The translations under genes and the position numbers were made by a program. A stretch of DNA of 64,000 nucleotides from an uncultured delta proteobacterium (GTDB taxonomy: Bacteria > Myxococcota_A > Polyangia > Haliangiales > Haliangiaceae): assembly GCA_963848295.1 (NCBI GenBank), contig CAWKDB010000010.1, forward strand, positions 1,632,001 to 1,696,000. Direction: 5' to 3'. This document shows positions 1-10,015 of this stretch, one piece after another; the stretch's first letter is position 1, and the number at the start of each line of letters is the position of its first letter. A model generated the notes under the pieces. That model was not told the DNA's origin and searched no databases. It was given only the letters and a program-made list of their open reading frames with translations.

Positions 1-687
1 CGTCTTCGCGCGCTGATGGCGCTCGTCACCTGCCCGACCAGCTCGATCGGCACGACGCGCAAGCTCGACAGCCGCGCCGCAGCTCGCGCGTTTCCCGAGC
101 GCGTCGCCGACAACGTCTACTTCTGCGGCTACGCGTCGGCCGACTCGTACGGCGCGGCGAGCTGGTTCGTGACGCGCCCGGCCGGCAACGTGCTGATCGA
201 TTCGCCGCGCGCGGCGAGCACACTGATGAACCGCGTCGCCGAGCTCGGCGGGGTGCGCTGGCTGGTGCTGACTCACCGCGACGACATCGCCGACCACGAA
301 GCGTGGCACGACCGGTTCGGCTGCGAACGCGTCATGCATCGAGCCGATGCGCCGCGCGGGATCGAGCTCACGATCGATGCGGTCACCCAGCTCGCGCCCG
401 GCCTCGAGCTCGTGCCGGTGCCCGGCCACACCCGCGGCAGTTGCGTGCTGATCGACCGCGCCACCCATGCGTTTACCGGCGATCACGTGTGGGCGAACGA
501 CGCGGGCGACGGTCTCGAAGCCGGTCGCGACGTCTGCTGGTACTCGTGGCCCGAGCAACGGCGATCGATGGCCGAGCTCGCGGAGCATGCGTTTACTCAT
601 GTCTGGCCCGGTCACGGCCGCCGATTCCACACCGCGACCGCCGAGGCGATGCAGCGCGAGCTCCGCCGGCTCGCCGCCGCGATGTGA
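1..687 (+). CDS. Ferredoxin-fused metallo-beta-lactamase-fold hydrolase (5' end outside window)
   Basis: Frame open from base 1; ALVTCPTSSIG ferredoxin tail; THRDDIAD, PGHT, FTGDH and PGHG MBL motifs. Confidence 0.85.
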   Translation, partial: RLRALMALVTCPTSSIGTTRKLDSRAAARAFPERVADNVYFCGYASADSYGAASWFVTRPAGNVLIDSPRAASTLMNRVAELGGVRWLVLTHRDDIADHEAWHDRFGCERVMHRADAPRGIELTIDAVTQLAPGLELVPVPGHTRGSCVLIDRATHAFTGDHVWANDAGDGLEAGRDVCWYSWPEQRRSMAELAEHAFTHVWPGHGRRFHTATAEAMQRELRRLAAAM

Positions 688-772
688 ACACCACGCATGC
701 GAGCACGGGCGCGCATGTGCGGGTGAGCATCGGTACCACGCCCGAGATCAGCGCGTGGGAGCGCAACAGCTC

Positions 773-788
773 CGGCACCTCCATTGCA
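773..788 (+). promoter_or_regulatory. sigma54 -24/-12 promoter
   Basis: CGGCACCTCCATTGCA (GG-N10-GC); ATG at 801. Confidence 0.7.
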
Positions 789-800
789 CTACTCGCGGGG

Positions 801-1277
801 ATGAAAACTCGATCGATCCTCTGGACCTCGTTGTTCTCTCTGTCGCTGCTCACCGCCGGCGCGTGCAAGAAGCGCGATGCGGATCGCGCGAGCGACGACA
901 TGAAGCAGGCGCAGGACGACATCAACAAAGAGGGCAAGGCCCTCGGCAAGACCGTCGAGAAAGCCGACGAGTCGGTCGCGAAGGATCAGGCGAAGCTCGA
1001 TTCGGCGAAGGCCGACTGGGAAAAAGCCGCGGCCGACTATGGCACCGCGGTCCACGCGCGACTCGAGAAGCTCGACGCGAAGCTGAACGTGCTCGCGGCG
1101 AAGGCAGACGCTAAATCAAGGGAAGCCGAGCAGAAGATCAAGGAGCGCCGCGACGTGCTCGCGAGCAAGCTCGACGGGCTCGCCACGCAGGGCACCGAAC
1201 ATTGGGACGCGTTCAAGAAAGACGTCGACAGCTCGTTCGATTCGCTCGAGCACGACCTCAACGCGGCCATCAAGTAG
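801..1277 (+). CDS. Small coiled-coil lipoprotein
   Basis: MKTRSILW...TAGAC lipobox; K/D/A-rich helical body. Confidence 0.85.
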   Translation: MKTRSILWTSLFSLSLLTAGACKKRDADRASDDMKQAQDDINKEGKALGKTVEKADESVAKDQAKLDSAKADWEKAAADYGTAVHARLEKLDAKLNVLAAKADAKSREAEQKIKERRDVLASKLDGLATQGTEHWDAFKKDVDSSFDSLEHDLNAAIK

Positions 1278-2336
1278 TCACGGCAGCAGGACTAGCTTGC
1301 CGACCGTGAGCCCGGACTCGATATCGGCGTGAGCGCGCGCGACATCGGCGAGCGGATAGGTCGTGACCTTCGGCGGCGCGAGCGTGCCGTCGTCGATCCA
1401 GCCGATGATCTGACTCATGCCCTCGGCGAGCAGGTCCTGGCGATCGAACAGATAGCTGAGGTTGAACGCGAGCACGCTGTGGCTGTCGTTCGTCATGTCG
1501 AGCGGGTTGAACCGCGGCGTGCGCACGTAATCGAGCGCGAGCTTCGCGTAGTTCGGGCGGCCTCCGGTCTTCGGCATCATCGAATGAAAGCCGTAGACGA
1601 CGAGCTTGCCGGCGCGCGCGAGGTGCTTGTAGCTCGCGCCGAGCGTCGATATACCGTTCGCATCGAGGATGACGTCGTAGCCTTTCGGCGCGATCCGCTC
1701 GGCTTCGCGCCACAGGTCTTGTTTCGATTTGTCGATGACGTGATCGGCGCCGAGTCCTCGGGCGGTCGCGACCTTGCTCGTCGCACCGACCACGCCGACG
1801 ACTTCGCAACCGGCGTGCTTCGCCATCTGGACGAGCGCGCTGCCGACGCCACCCGCAGCGGAGTGGACCAGGACCCGTTGGCCGCGCCGCGGATGAGCGA
1901 GCTCGAACAGCGCGTACCACGCGGTCATGTAGACGGCGGGCAGCGCTGCGGCTTGCTCGAAGCTGGTGCGCGCGGGGCGACGAAACACCTTGGCCCGATC
2001 GACGACGACGTGCGACGCATAGCCGCCGAACAGCGTGATCGCGAAGACCTCGCTGCCGATCGCCAAGTCTTCGACGCCGGTGCCGATCGCCTCGACGACG
2101 CCCGACACCTCGAACCCGGGCGTGATCGGCCAGCCGACGTACTCCTTCGCGGAGGCGTAGAGCCCCATCCGTACGATCGTGTCCGCGTAGTTGACGCCGA
2201 TCGCTCGCACCGCGACCCGGACTTGACCGGGCGCCGGCTCCGGGAGGCCTGCGGTCTCGAGCTTCAGCCGGTCGTAGCCGCCGGCCGAGTGGACGACGAC
2301 TTTGCGGGTGGATCCGTTCTCGGTCATGGTCTGCAT
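1278..2336 (-). CDS. Medium-chain dehydrogenase/reductase (quinone oxidoreductase/VAT-1-like)
   Basis: GVNYAD, PGFEVSG, HSAAGGVG and GKLVL motifs. Confidence 0.9.
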   Translation of the reverse strand: MQTMTENGSTRKVVVHSAGGYDRLKLETAGLPEPAPGQVRVAVRAIGVNYADTIVRMGLYASAKEYVGWPITPGFEVSGVVEAIGTGVEDLAIGSEVFAITLFGGYASHVVVDRAKVFRRPARTSFEQAAALPAVYMTAWYALFELAHPRRGQRVLVHSAAGGVGSALVQMAKHAGCEVVGVVGATSKVATARGLGADHVIDKSKQDLWREAERIAPKGYDVILDANGISTLGASYKHLARAGKLVVYGFHSMMPKTGGRPNYAKLALDYVRTPRFNPLDMTNDSHSVLAFNLSYLFDRQDLLAEGMSQIIGWIDDGTLAPPKVTTYPLADVARAHADIESGLTVGKLVLLP

Positions 2337-2464
2337 GATGCCCAGGTAAGCCGACCGCGGCCGCGGGGAAGTGACTGAGCGCGCCAGAGTCGTGACCGCT
2401 TTGATGATTGCGTCCGGGGACCGGACAGACTAGGGTGCCGCCTTCGTCGCGCCGGCGACGGTAG

Positions 2465-4273
2465 ATGTTGTTCTCGGCTGCCCATCCCACGCTCGGTCGC
2501 GCTCTCGCGACTCGGGAGTACACGACGCCGACCGCAGTCCAAGCGGCGGTCCTCGCCGACGACGCGCGCGATCGCGATCTGCTCGTGTCCGCGCAGACCG
2601 GGTCGGGCAAGACCGTCGCGTTCGGCCTGGCGCTCGCGCCCGAGCTGCTCGGCGACGCGCCGCGGTTCACGTCGGCCGGCATGCCGCTCGCGCTCGTGAT
2701 CGCACCGACCCGCGAGCTCGCGATCCAGGTCCATCGCGAGCTGTCGTGGCTGTACGCCGAGACCGGCGCGCGGATCGCGACGTGCGTCGGCGGCATGGAC
2801 GCCCGGCGCGAAGCCCAGACGCTCGGGCGCGGCGCGCATATCGTCGTCGGTACACCCGGACGGTTATGCGATCACCTCGAGCGCGGTGTGCTCGTGCTGA
2901 ACCAGCTGCGCGCGGTCGTGCTCGACGAAGCCGACGAGATGCTCGATATGGGCTTCCGCGACGAGCTCGAGCGCTTGCTCGACGCGACGCCGAAGCAGCG
3001 CCGCACGCTGATGTTCTCCGCGACGATCCCGCGCGACATCGCGACCCTCGCGAAGCGCTATCAGCAGAACGCGCTGCGACTCGCGACCTCGAGCGAGGTC
3101 GATGCGCACCGCGACATCGAGTACCGCGCGATCCCGATCATCCAGCGCGAGCGCGATCTCGCGGTCGTGAATTTACTCCGCTATCACGACGCGCCCGGCG
3201 CGCTCGTGTTCTGCGCGACGCGCGACGGCGTCACTCACCTCAGCGCGAACCTGCACGAACGCGGCTTCGCGGTCGCGGCGCTGTCGGGCGAGCTCAGCCA
3301 GCGCGAGCGCAACCAGGCGCTGCAAGCGTTGCGCGATGGGCGAGCGCGCGTGTGCGTCGCCACCGATGTCGCCGCGCGCGGCCTCGATCTGCCCGACCTC
3401 GGGCTCGTGATCCACGCCGATCTGCCGAACAACAAGCAAGTGCTCGTCCATCGCAGCGGCCGCACGGGGCGCGCGGGCAAGAAGGGCGTCGCGGTCGTGC
3501 TCGTGCCCGAGCCCGCGCGGCTGCACGTCGAACGCATGCTGCACGCCGCGCACCTCGTCGCGACGTGGTCACTCGCGCCGACCGCCGACGACATCCGCGC
3601 GCGCGATCAAGAGCAGCTCGTCAAGGAGATCGCGAAGCTCGCCGACGAGACCACCGACGACGATCGGCAGGTCGCGCGAGCGCTGCTCGCCGAGCGCGAT
3701 GCCGAACAGCTCGCCGCGGCACTCGTCCGCTTGCGTCGCGAGGCCCTGCCGTCGCCCGAAGAGCTGACGATCCCGATGTCGATGCGCCCGCGCAACCCGC
3801 AACGCGAGCTCCGGCCGCGACCGAGCGAGGCGCGCAGCTTCGTCCGCGACCGGCCGAACGATCGCCACGATGATCGCGCTCATGATCGACCGGCGCCCGG
3901 CCGCGACCGCCCGCAGCACCATGCCGGCTCGGAGCGCCCGCGCTACACGCCGACCGATCGCCCGCGCGAGCATCACGCCGCGCCGATCGATCGCCCGCGC
4001 GAGCATCATGCTGCGCCGACTGGCGGCACGACGCTGTTCACGATCAACGTCGGCCGCAGCAAGAACGCCGACCCGAAGTGGCTGATCCCGCTGTTGTGCC
4101 GGCGCGGCGGCATCACGAAGCGCGAGATCGGCAAGATCCGAATCCTCGCGCGCGAGACTCACGTCGAGATCATCACCGATGCGAGTGAACGGTTCGCCGA
4201 GGCGATCCGCCGACCCGACGACAAAGATCGCAACATCCACATCGAGCGCCTCGACGCCGAGCCCGGCGCGTAG
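2465..4273 (+). CDS. DEAD-box RNA helicase with C-terminal DbpA RNA-binding domain (DeaD/CsdA-like)
   Basis: AQTGSGKT, PTRELA, DEAD, SAT, ARGLD and HRSGRTGR; FTINVGR...IGKIRI C-domain. Confidence 0.95.
   Translation: MLFSAAHPTLGRALATREYTTPTAVQAAVLADDARDRDLLVSAQTGSGKTVAFGLALAPELLGDAPRFTSAGMPLALVIAPTRELAIQVHRELSWLYAETGARIATCVGGMDARREAQTLGRGAHIVVGTPGRLCDHLERGVLVLNQLRAVVLDEADEMLDMGFRDELERLLDATPKQRRTLMFSATIPRDIATLAKRYQQNALRLATSSEVDAHRDIEYRAIPIIQRERDLAVVNLLRYHDAPGALVFCATRDGVTHLSANLHERGFAVAALSGELSQRERNQALQALRDGRARVCVATDVAARGLDLPDLGLVIHADLPNNKQVLVHRSGRTGRAGKKGVAVVLVPEPARLHVERMLHAAHLVATWSLAPTADDIRARDQEQLVKEIAKLADETTDDDRQVARALLAERDAEQLAAALVRLRREALPSPEELTIPMSMRPRNPQRELRPRPSEARSFVRDRPNDRHDDRAHDRPAPGRDRPQHHAGSERPRYTPTDRPREHHAAPIDRPREHHAAPTGGTTLFTINVGRSKNADPKWLIPLLCRRGGITKREIGKIRILARETHVEIITDASERFAEAIRRPDDKDRNIHIERLDAEPGA
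3949..4020 (+). repeat. 33-bp tandem repeat x2 in helicase linker
   Basis: Encodes PTDRPREHHAA/PIDRPREHHAA. Confidence 0.85.
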
Positions 4274-4366
4274 CCCGATTCGCAGGTCTCCACATCGCGC
4301 GCTCGCCATGGCCGCGGGCGTACGAGTCGCGGTCACCGTGGTGCTCGCGCAACGACAGGAGTAGAC

Positions 4367-6400
4367 GTGGCAGACTTGCTGCACGTCGTGATGGCAGAAG
4401 CGGACATCAGGCACGGCTCGAAGGTCGGCAGGTTCGTCGTCGTCGGCGAGCTCGGTTCGGGCGGGATGGGCATCGTCTACGCGGCGCACGATCGCGAGCT
4501 CGATCGCCAGGTCGCGCTCAAGGTGTTGCGCGCCGCCGCCGCGACCGACGAGGAGCGCATGCGCATGCTGCGCGAGGGCCAGGCGATGGCGCGGGTCACT
4601 CATCCGAACGTGATCACCGTCTACGAAGTCGGGGTCGAAGGCAGCCTGGTGTTCCTCGCGCAGGAGCTGCTCGACGCCGGCACGCTCGGCCGCTGGCTCG
4701 AGCAGCCGCACTCGCAGGCCGAGGTCATCGACAAGTTCGTCGCGGCCGGGCGCGGGCTCGCGGCCGCGCACGCCGCCGGGCTCGTCCACCGGGACTTCAA
4801 GCCCGACAACGTGTTGCTCGGCAAGGACGGTCGCGTCCGGGTCTCGGACTTCGGGCTCGCGCGCGCCCTCGGTCCGAGCGACGACGGGTTGCCCGCGGCG
4901 ACTCGCGCGAACATGGCGCGAGCTCAGCTCGATCTGTCGACCAACCCGATGAGCGCGTTGACCCGGACCGGCGCGGTGATGGGCACGCCGATGTTCATGT
5001 CGCCGGAGCAGCACAACGGCGATCCGGCCGACGAGCGGTCCGATCAGTTCGCGTTCTGCGTCGCGCTGTATCAAGCGCTCTACGGCGAGTGGCCGTATGC
5101 GGGCAAGACCGCGGTCTCCCTTGCCGACGCGGTGATCGAGGGCCGGATGCAACGCGAGCCGCGCGGTCATCACGTTCCGGCGCGGATCCGCGCGATCCTG
5201 TTGCGCGGACTGAGCACGAAGCCGTCGGCGCGCTATCCGTCGATGGACGCCCTGCTCGCCGACCTGACGCGACCGCCGAAGCGACGCGCGCGTGCGTTCG
5301 CGATCGTGATCGGCGTGTTCGTGATCGCGGCGGCCGCGGTCACCGGCGGCTATGCGCTGCGCACCCACGACGACGAAGTCAAGCGCGCGCCCCTGACCGC
5401 GTTCGATCCCAAGACGCTCGGCACCGATCGCGGCATCGAGTGGCTCGCGAGTGCGATCGAGCGGGGCGAGCTCGACGATGCGCGCGAGAAGTACGACATG
5501 GCCGCGGCGCTCGCCGAGCAGAACGGCGACACCACGCACGCGTCGATCGCCTCGTCGGCAGGCGCGCTCCTGCTCGCGCTCCGGGGCCACCTCGACCAGG
5601 CGCGTACGCATCTGCACGATGCCGACACGACGAAGGGCAGCGATCCGGTCGCGCTCGCCTACGCCGATCTCGCAGCTGCGGAGATCGCCTCGTCCGCCGG
5701 CGACCTCGACACGGCGCTGACTCGCAGTGCGAGCTGTGCGGCGCAGTTCTCGACGACCGTGCCGGCGCTCGCGACGCTGTGCTTCCAGCTCCACGGCGAT
5801 GCCGCCGCTGACCACGGCGATGGCGCCGCGGCGCGCAAGGCGTACGCCGATGGGCTCGAGATCGCGAAGCGCGCCGATCCGAACGAGCGCGCGTTGCCGC
5901 TCGAGCTCGCGATCGCGGCGCTCGATCTCGACGAGGGCAACGGCAAGTACGACGCGGTCGTCGCGAAGGCGACCGAGCTGCAAGCGGTGGCCGCCGAGCG
6001 CGGCGAGATCGCACCGGAGGAGCAAGCATGGGTCTTGCTCGCCCGCGCGCACCTCGCGCAAGCCTCGTCGCAACAGGCGTTCGACGATCTGGGCCATATC
6101 AAGCCCGACGCGATCGAGGCCTTCCGCATCCGCATCGAAGCCCGGATCACGCGCGGAGAGAGTGCCGCGATCCTCGGCGACGCCGAGAACGGCCTGAAGG
6201 ACATCGAGGCCGCCCGCGGCGAGGCCGAGGCGCAAGGCTACGTCGGGCTCGCCCTCGCCGCGCGGTTAGCACGGGTCGAGACGCTCGTGTTGACCGCCGC
6301 TCCCGAGGCCGCCGCCGAACAGCGCGCACTCGTCGCGGATGCGCGAGCCCGCGGTTACGGGCGAATCGCGCACCTCGCCGAGACCGTCGCGCAGCGGTGA
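4367..6400 (+). CDS. Membrane Ser/Thr protein kinase with C-terminal TPR-like helical region
   Basis: GSGGMG, VALK, HRDFKPDN, DFG and GTPMFMSPE; one TM helix; AGGAG RBS before GTG. Confidence 0.92.
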   Translation: MADLLHVVMAEADIRHGSKVGRFVVVGELGSGGMGIVYAAHDRELDRQVALKVLRAAAATDEERMRMLREGQAMARVTHPNVITVYEVGVEGSLVFLAQELLDAGTLGRWLEQPHSQAEVIDKFVAAGRGLAAAHAAGLVHRDFKPDNVLLGKDGRVRVSDFGLARALGPSDDGLPAATRANMARAQLDLSTNPMSALTRTGAVMGTPMFMSPEQHNGDPADERSDQFAFCVALYQALYGEWPYAGKTAVSLADAVIEGRMQREPRGHHVPARIRAILLRGLSTKPSARYPSMDALLADLTRPPKRRARAFAIVIGVFVIAAAAVTGGYALRTHDDEVKRAPLTAFDPKTLGTDRGIEWLASAIERGELDDAREKYDMAAALAEQNGDTTHASIASSAGALLLALRGHLDQARTHLHDADTTKGSDPVALAYADLAAAEIASSAGDLDTALTRSASCAAQFSTTVPALATLCFQLHGDAAADHGDGAAARKAYADGLEIAKRADPNERALPLELAIAALDLDEGNGKYDAVVAKATELQAVAAERGEIAPEEQAWVLLARAHLAQASSQQAFDDLGHIKPDAIEAFRIRIEARITRGESAAILGDAENGLKDIEAARGEAEAQGYVGLALAARLARVETLVLTAAPEAAAEQRALVADARARGYGRIAHLAETVAQR

Positions 6401-6419
6401 TGAGCTATTCTCGGCGTTC

Positions 6420-7352
6420 ATGGCCGATTGCCAGCTGTGCGGCTCGTCGCACCCAGACGACAATCCGACGTGCCCTCAACAGCGCACCGGCCAGCAGCTC
6501 GCGGGCAAGTACACGATCGGCGGCGTGCTCGGCATCGGCGGCATCGCGGCGGTGTACAGCGCGGAGCACCCGGTGCTGCGCCGCCAGATCGCGGTGAAGA
6601 TCCTGCATCGCCGGTTCGCGAACGATCGCGAGCTCGCCACTCGCTTCGTACGCGAGGCGCGCGAGACCGCCGCGCTCGGTCATCCCGCGTTCGTCCATGT
6701 CCACGACGCCGGCACGACCGAGGACGGCTGCCCGTACATCGAGATGGACAAGCTCGAAGGCCGCGAGCTGTACAGCCTGCGCAAGGAAGTCGGCCCGCTC
6801 GAGCCGGAGCGCGTCGTGCCGATCGCGATCCAGATCCTCGACGCACTGACCGTGTTGCACGGCCGTGGCGTGATCCACCGCGATCTCAAGACCCAGAACA
6901 TCTATCTCGTGCCGACGCCGAACGGCGATCAGGTCAAGCTCCTCGACCTCGGGTTCGCGAAGGTCGAGGACGAGCTCAAGCTGACGTCGAAGCATCACAT
7001 CCTCGGCACGCCGTTCTACATCAGCCCCGAGCAGTACCTCGACCCGAGCGCGGTCGATGCGCGCGCCGATCTGTTCTCGCTCGGCATCGTGCTGTTCGAG
7101 ACGCTGACCGGGGATTGGCCGTACACGTGGACCACGAAGCGCGAGCTGCTCAGCCACGTGATGAAGGGCAACCTCGAGCGCCATCCCGCGAACCGCCGTC
7201 CCGACGTGCCGGCGTGGCTCGATGCGATCGTCGCGCGCGCGCTCGCCCATGCCCGCGAGGACCGGTTCGAATCCGCCGCGGCGATGAAGGCGGCGCTCGA
7301 GGCCGGTCCGCCGCCGGCGAAGTCCGGCATCTTCAAGCGGCTGTTTGGATGA
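6420..7352 (+). CDS. Ser/Thr protein kinase with N-terminal CxxC-H-C zinc-ribbon-like motif
   Basis: MADCQLCGSSH...CP; GIGGIA, HRDLKTQN, DLG and GTPFYISPE. Confidence 0.9.
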   Translation: MADCQLCGSSHPDDNPTCPQQRTGQQLAGKYTIGGVLGIGGIAAVYSAEHPVLRRQIAVKILHRRFANDRELATRFVREARETAALGHPAFVHVHDAGTTEDGCPYIEMDKLEGRELYSLRKEVGPLEPERVVPIAIQILDALTVLHGRGVIHRDLKTQNIYLVPTPNGDQVKLLDLGFAKVEDELKLTSKHHILGTPFYISPEQYLDPSAVDARADLFSLGIVLFETLTGDWPYTWTTKRELLSHVMKGNLERHPANRRPDVPAWLDAIVARALAHAREDRFESAAAMKAALEAGPPPAKSGIFKRLFG

Positions 7353-8572
7353 GCGAGCCCGCGCCCCGCAAGCATCCGCCACCGTGGATCTTCGCGTTCG
7401 CCGGTAGCTCGTACGGGGTGGCCGGCGCCTTCATCGCGCAGATCATGCCGTTCGTCGCGAAGAAGCACGGCATCCCGCAGACGTCGATCGGTCTGTTCAC
7501 GACGATCTTGTTCATCCCGGCGGCGTTGCAGTTCCTGTATGCACCGGTCGTCGACGTCGGGCCGCCGCGGCGCAAGTGGCTCGTGATCGTCGCGATCATC
7601 AGCGCGGCAGCGCTCGTCGGCGCGTTCTCGGTTCACTTGCCGGACCAGCTCGATCTGTTTCTGGTGTTCGGGTTCATCGCGCAGTTATCATCGGCGCTGA
7701 TCAGCGCGTGCGCCGGCGGACTCTTGGCCGTGACGATGCCCGACGAGAAACGCGGCGCAGCGAGCGCCTGGTACAACACCGGCAATCTCTCGGGCGGCGG
7801 TGCGGCCGGCGCGCTCGCGATCGCGTTGACCGGCGCGGGCGTCCCACAGATCGTCGTCGGCCTCGTCGTCGCCGCGATGGTGATCGCACCGGCGTTCGTC
7901 ATCCTCACGATCTACGAACCGCCGCGCGACAACATTCGCACGCTCCGCGAAGTGCTCGGCCAGAGCACGCGCGATGTCGGCCGCGTGTTGTTCAGCCGCG
8001 CCGGTATCACCGGCATCGCACTGTGCCTCTCGCCGGTCGGCACGGCGGCGCTCACGAACTTCTTCTCCGACATGGGCGATGACTTCCACGCATCGGATGG
8101 TACGGTCGCGTTCGTCGCCGGCGGCGCGAGCGTGGTCGTGACCGCGCTCGGCGCATTCGTCGGCGGTTACCTGTGCGATCGCTTCAACCGCCGCGCGATG
8201 TACTTGTTGTCCGGCGCACTGACCGCGGTGATCGGCGTGATCATGGCGAAGACCGACCACACGCCGGTGAGCTACGGCGTGCTCGCGACGACGTACAACC
8301 TCGTCACCGGGTTTTGCTACTCGGCGTTCACCGCGACCGTGCTCGAGACGATCGGCGACGCGGGCAAGGCGGCCTCGACGCAGTACGCGCTGTTCGTGTC
8401 CGCCGGCAACATCGCGATCCAGTACACCGGCCTTGTCGACACGCGGTTCAACAACATCGACCACTCGTTCTTGAGCGATGCCGCGCTCAACATGGCGGGC
8501 GTCGTGATCCTCGCCTTCGCGTTCTGGAGGCTCGGCTCGTTCGGCAAGCGCCACCCCGGCAAGCCGGCCTAG
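7349..8572 (+). CDS. MFS transporter (AmpG-like)
   Basis: About 12 hydrophobic segments; FLYAPVVD...RRKW and ASTQYALF motifs; ATGA overlap with kinase. Confidence 0.85.
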   Translation: MSEPAPRKHPPPWIFAFAGSSYGVAGAFIAQIMPFVAKKHGIPQTSIGLFTTILFIPAALQFLYAPVVDVGPPRRKWLVIVAIISAAALVGAFSVHLPDQLDLFLVFGFIAQLSSALISACAGGLLAVTMPDEKRGAASAWYNTGNLSGGGAAGALAIALTGAGVPQIVVGLVVAAMVIAPAFVILTIYEPPRDNIRTLREVLGQSTRDVGRVLFSRAGITGIALCLSPVGTAALTNFFSDMGDDFHASDGTVAFVAGGASVVVTALGAFVGGYLCDRFNRRAMYLLSGALTAVIGVIMAKTDHTPVSYGVLATTYNLVTGFCYSAFTATVLETIGDAGKAASTQYALFVSAGNIAIQYTGLVDTRFNNIDHSFLSDAALNMAGVVILAFAFWRLGSFGKRHPGKPA

Positions 8573-8661
8573 CTGCTACGCTCTCGCCGTCGGCGCTTTC
8601 ACGTTCATCGAGAACACGCCCCTAGCAGGTCGCGATCCGCGGGCTCATCCGACGAAGTCGA

Positions 8662-9972
8662 CTAATCGCCCTTCGGCCGAGCTAGACCGTGGCGCTGAGC
8701 GAGCTCGCGCAGGTGCGCCCGATCCATCCTCGCCGCGCGGGCGGCACGCGTGATGTTGCCGGCGTGCCGCGATAACAGCTCCTGGACGTACCAGCGCTCC
8801 CACGTCCCGACGGCGCGCTCTTTCGCTTCGCGAAACGACGCTGCGTCGTCGAAGCCGACGTAGCCGTCGCCGGCCGGCGCGTCGACGTCGGGCGCACCGA
8901 CCATCAGCACCGCGCGTTCGACCGCGCTGCGCAGCTCGCGGACGTTGCCCGGCCACGCATGATCGCGCAGCGACGCGACGAGCGCCTCCGGTGGGCTCGC
9001 GGCGTCGTCGCCGATGAACACGCGATAGTAGTGTTCGATCAGCAGCGGGATATCCTCCCGCCGCTCGCGCAGCGGCGGGATTCGAAACCGCAGCACGTTG
9101 AGTCGGTAGTAGAGGTCGGCGCGGAACCGCCCGCGGTTGACCTCCTCGCGCAGGTCGCGGTTGGTCGCCGCGATCATCCGCACGTCGAGCCGGACCGGCT
9201 TCGTGCTGCCGATCCGCTTGATCACGCGCTCCTCGAGGACGCGCAGCAGCTTCGCTTGAAGATCGAGCGGCAGCTCGCCGATCTCGTCGAGAAACACCGT
9301 GCCGTTTTGCGCGGACTCGAAGGCGCCGACGCGCATCGCGTGCGCACCGGTGAACGAGCCCTTCTCGTGGCCGAACAGCTCGCTCTCGATCAGGGTCGGC
9401 GGGATCGACGCGCAGTCGACCACGATGAACGGCTGATCCGCGCGCGGGCTCTGCCGGTGGACGACGTCGGCGATCATGCTCTTGCCGGTCCCGGTCTCGC
9501 CTTCGAGCAGCATCGTGCTGTCGGTCGGGGCGACGCGCGCGATCAACGCGAAGATCCGGCGCATCGCCGGGCTCTCGCCGAGCACCTCGCCATAGTGATC
9601 CTCGGTCGACAGCTCCTGGCGGACCTCGTCGTCGAGCGTCTCGAACTTGACCGCGACCGTGCCGACGCGGAACGTCGAGCCCGGCTTGAGGTAGGCCGAC
9701 TCGATCAAGTGGTTCGCGAGCCAGGTGCCGTTCGTGCTCCCGAGATCTCGAAGCTGGAACCCCCGCGGCGTCACGCGGATCGCGCAGTGATGGCGCGACA
9801 CCGTCGGATCGTCGAGCGCGAGCTGATTGCCGGGCGCCGACCCGATCGTGAGCTCGCTCGTGCTCGCATCGGCCTCGGCCGACGACGAGCTGCCGACGAC
9901 CGACACGCGAAACCGGCGGAAGGTCAGGACCGCGAGTCGCGACACGACGACGTCGGTCGAGCGCTCGATCAC
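8662..9972 (-). CDS. FHA-domain sigma54-dependent enhancer-binding protein
   Basis: FHA ([13 protein letters not shown]); [29 protein letters not shown]; Fis-type HTH; GTG start supported by TACCCT-N6. Confidence 0.93.
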   Translation of the reverse strand: MIERSTDVVVSRLAVLTFRRFRVSVVGSSSSAEADASTSELTIGSAPGNQLALDDPTVSRHHCAIRVTPRGFQLRDLGSTNGTWLANHLIESAYLKPGSTFRVGTVAVKFETLDDEVRQELSTEDHYGEVLGESPAMRRIFALIARVAPTDSTMLLEGETGTGKSMIADVVHRQSPRADQPFIVVDCASIPPTLIESELFGHEKGSFTGAHAMRVGAFESAQNGTVFLDEIGELPLDLQAKLLRVLEERVIKRIGSTKPVRLDVRMIAATNRDLREEVNRGRFRADLYYRLNVLRFRIPPLRERREDIPLLIEHYYRVFIGDDAASPPEALVASLRDHAWPGNVRELRSAVERAVLMVGAPDVDAPAGDGYVGFDDAASFREAKERAVGTWERWYVQELLSRHAGNITRAARAARMDRAHLRELAQRHGLARPKGD

Positions 9973-10015
9973 GGTGCCAGGGTAGCACGCGAATACCGCG
10001 TGATACACTCGGCTC

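Noticed and set aside
3569..6235. Long antisense and alternate-frame ORFs (also 17520-19871, 28743-31439, 44623-48015)
   Set aside because: Arg/Ala-rich shadow frames of high-GC genes with no motifs; they overlap well-supported CDSs.
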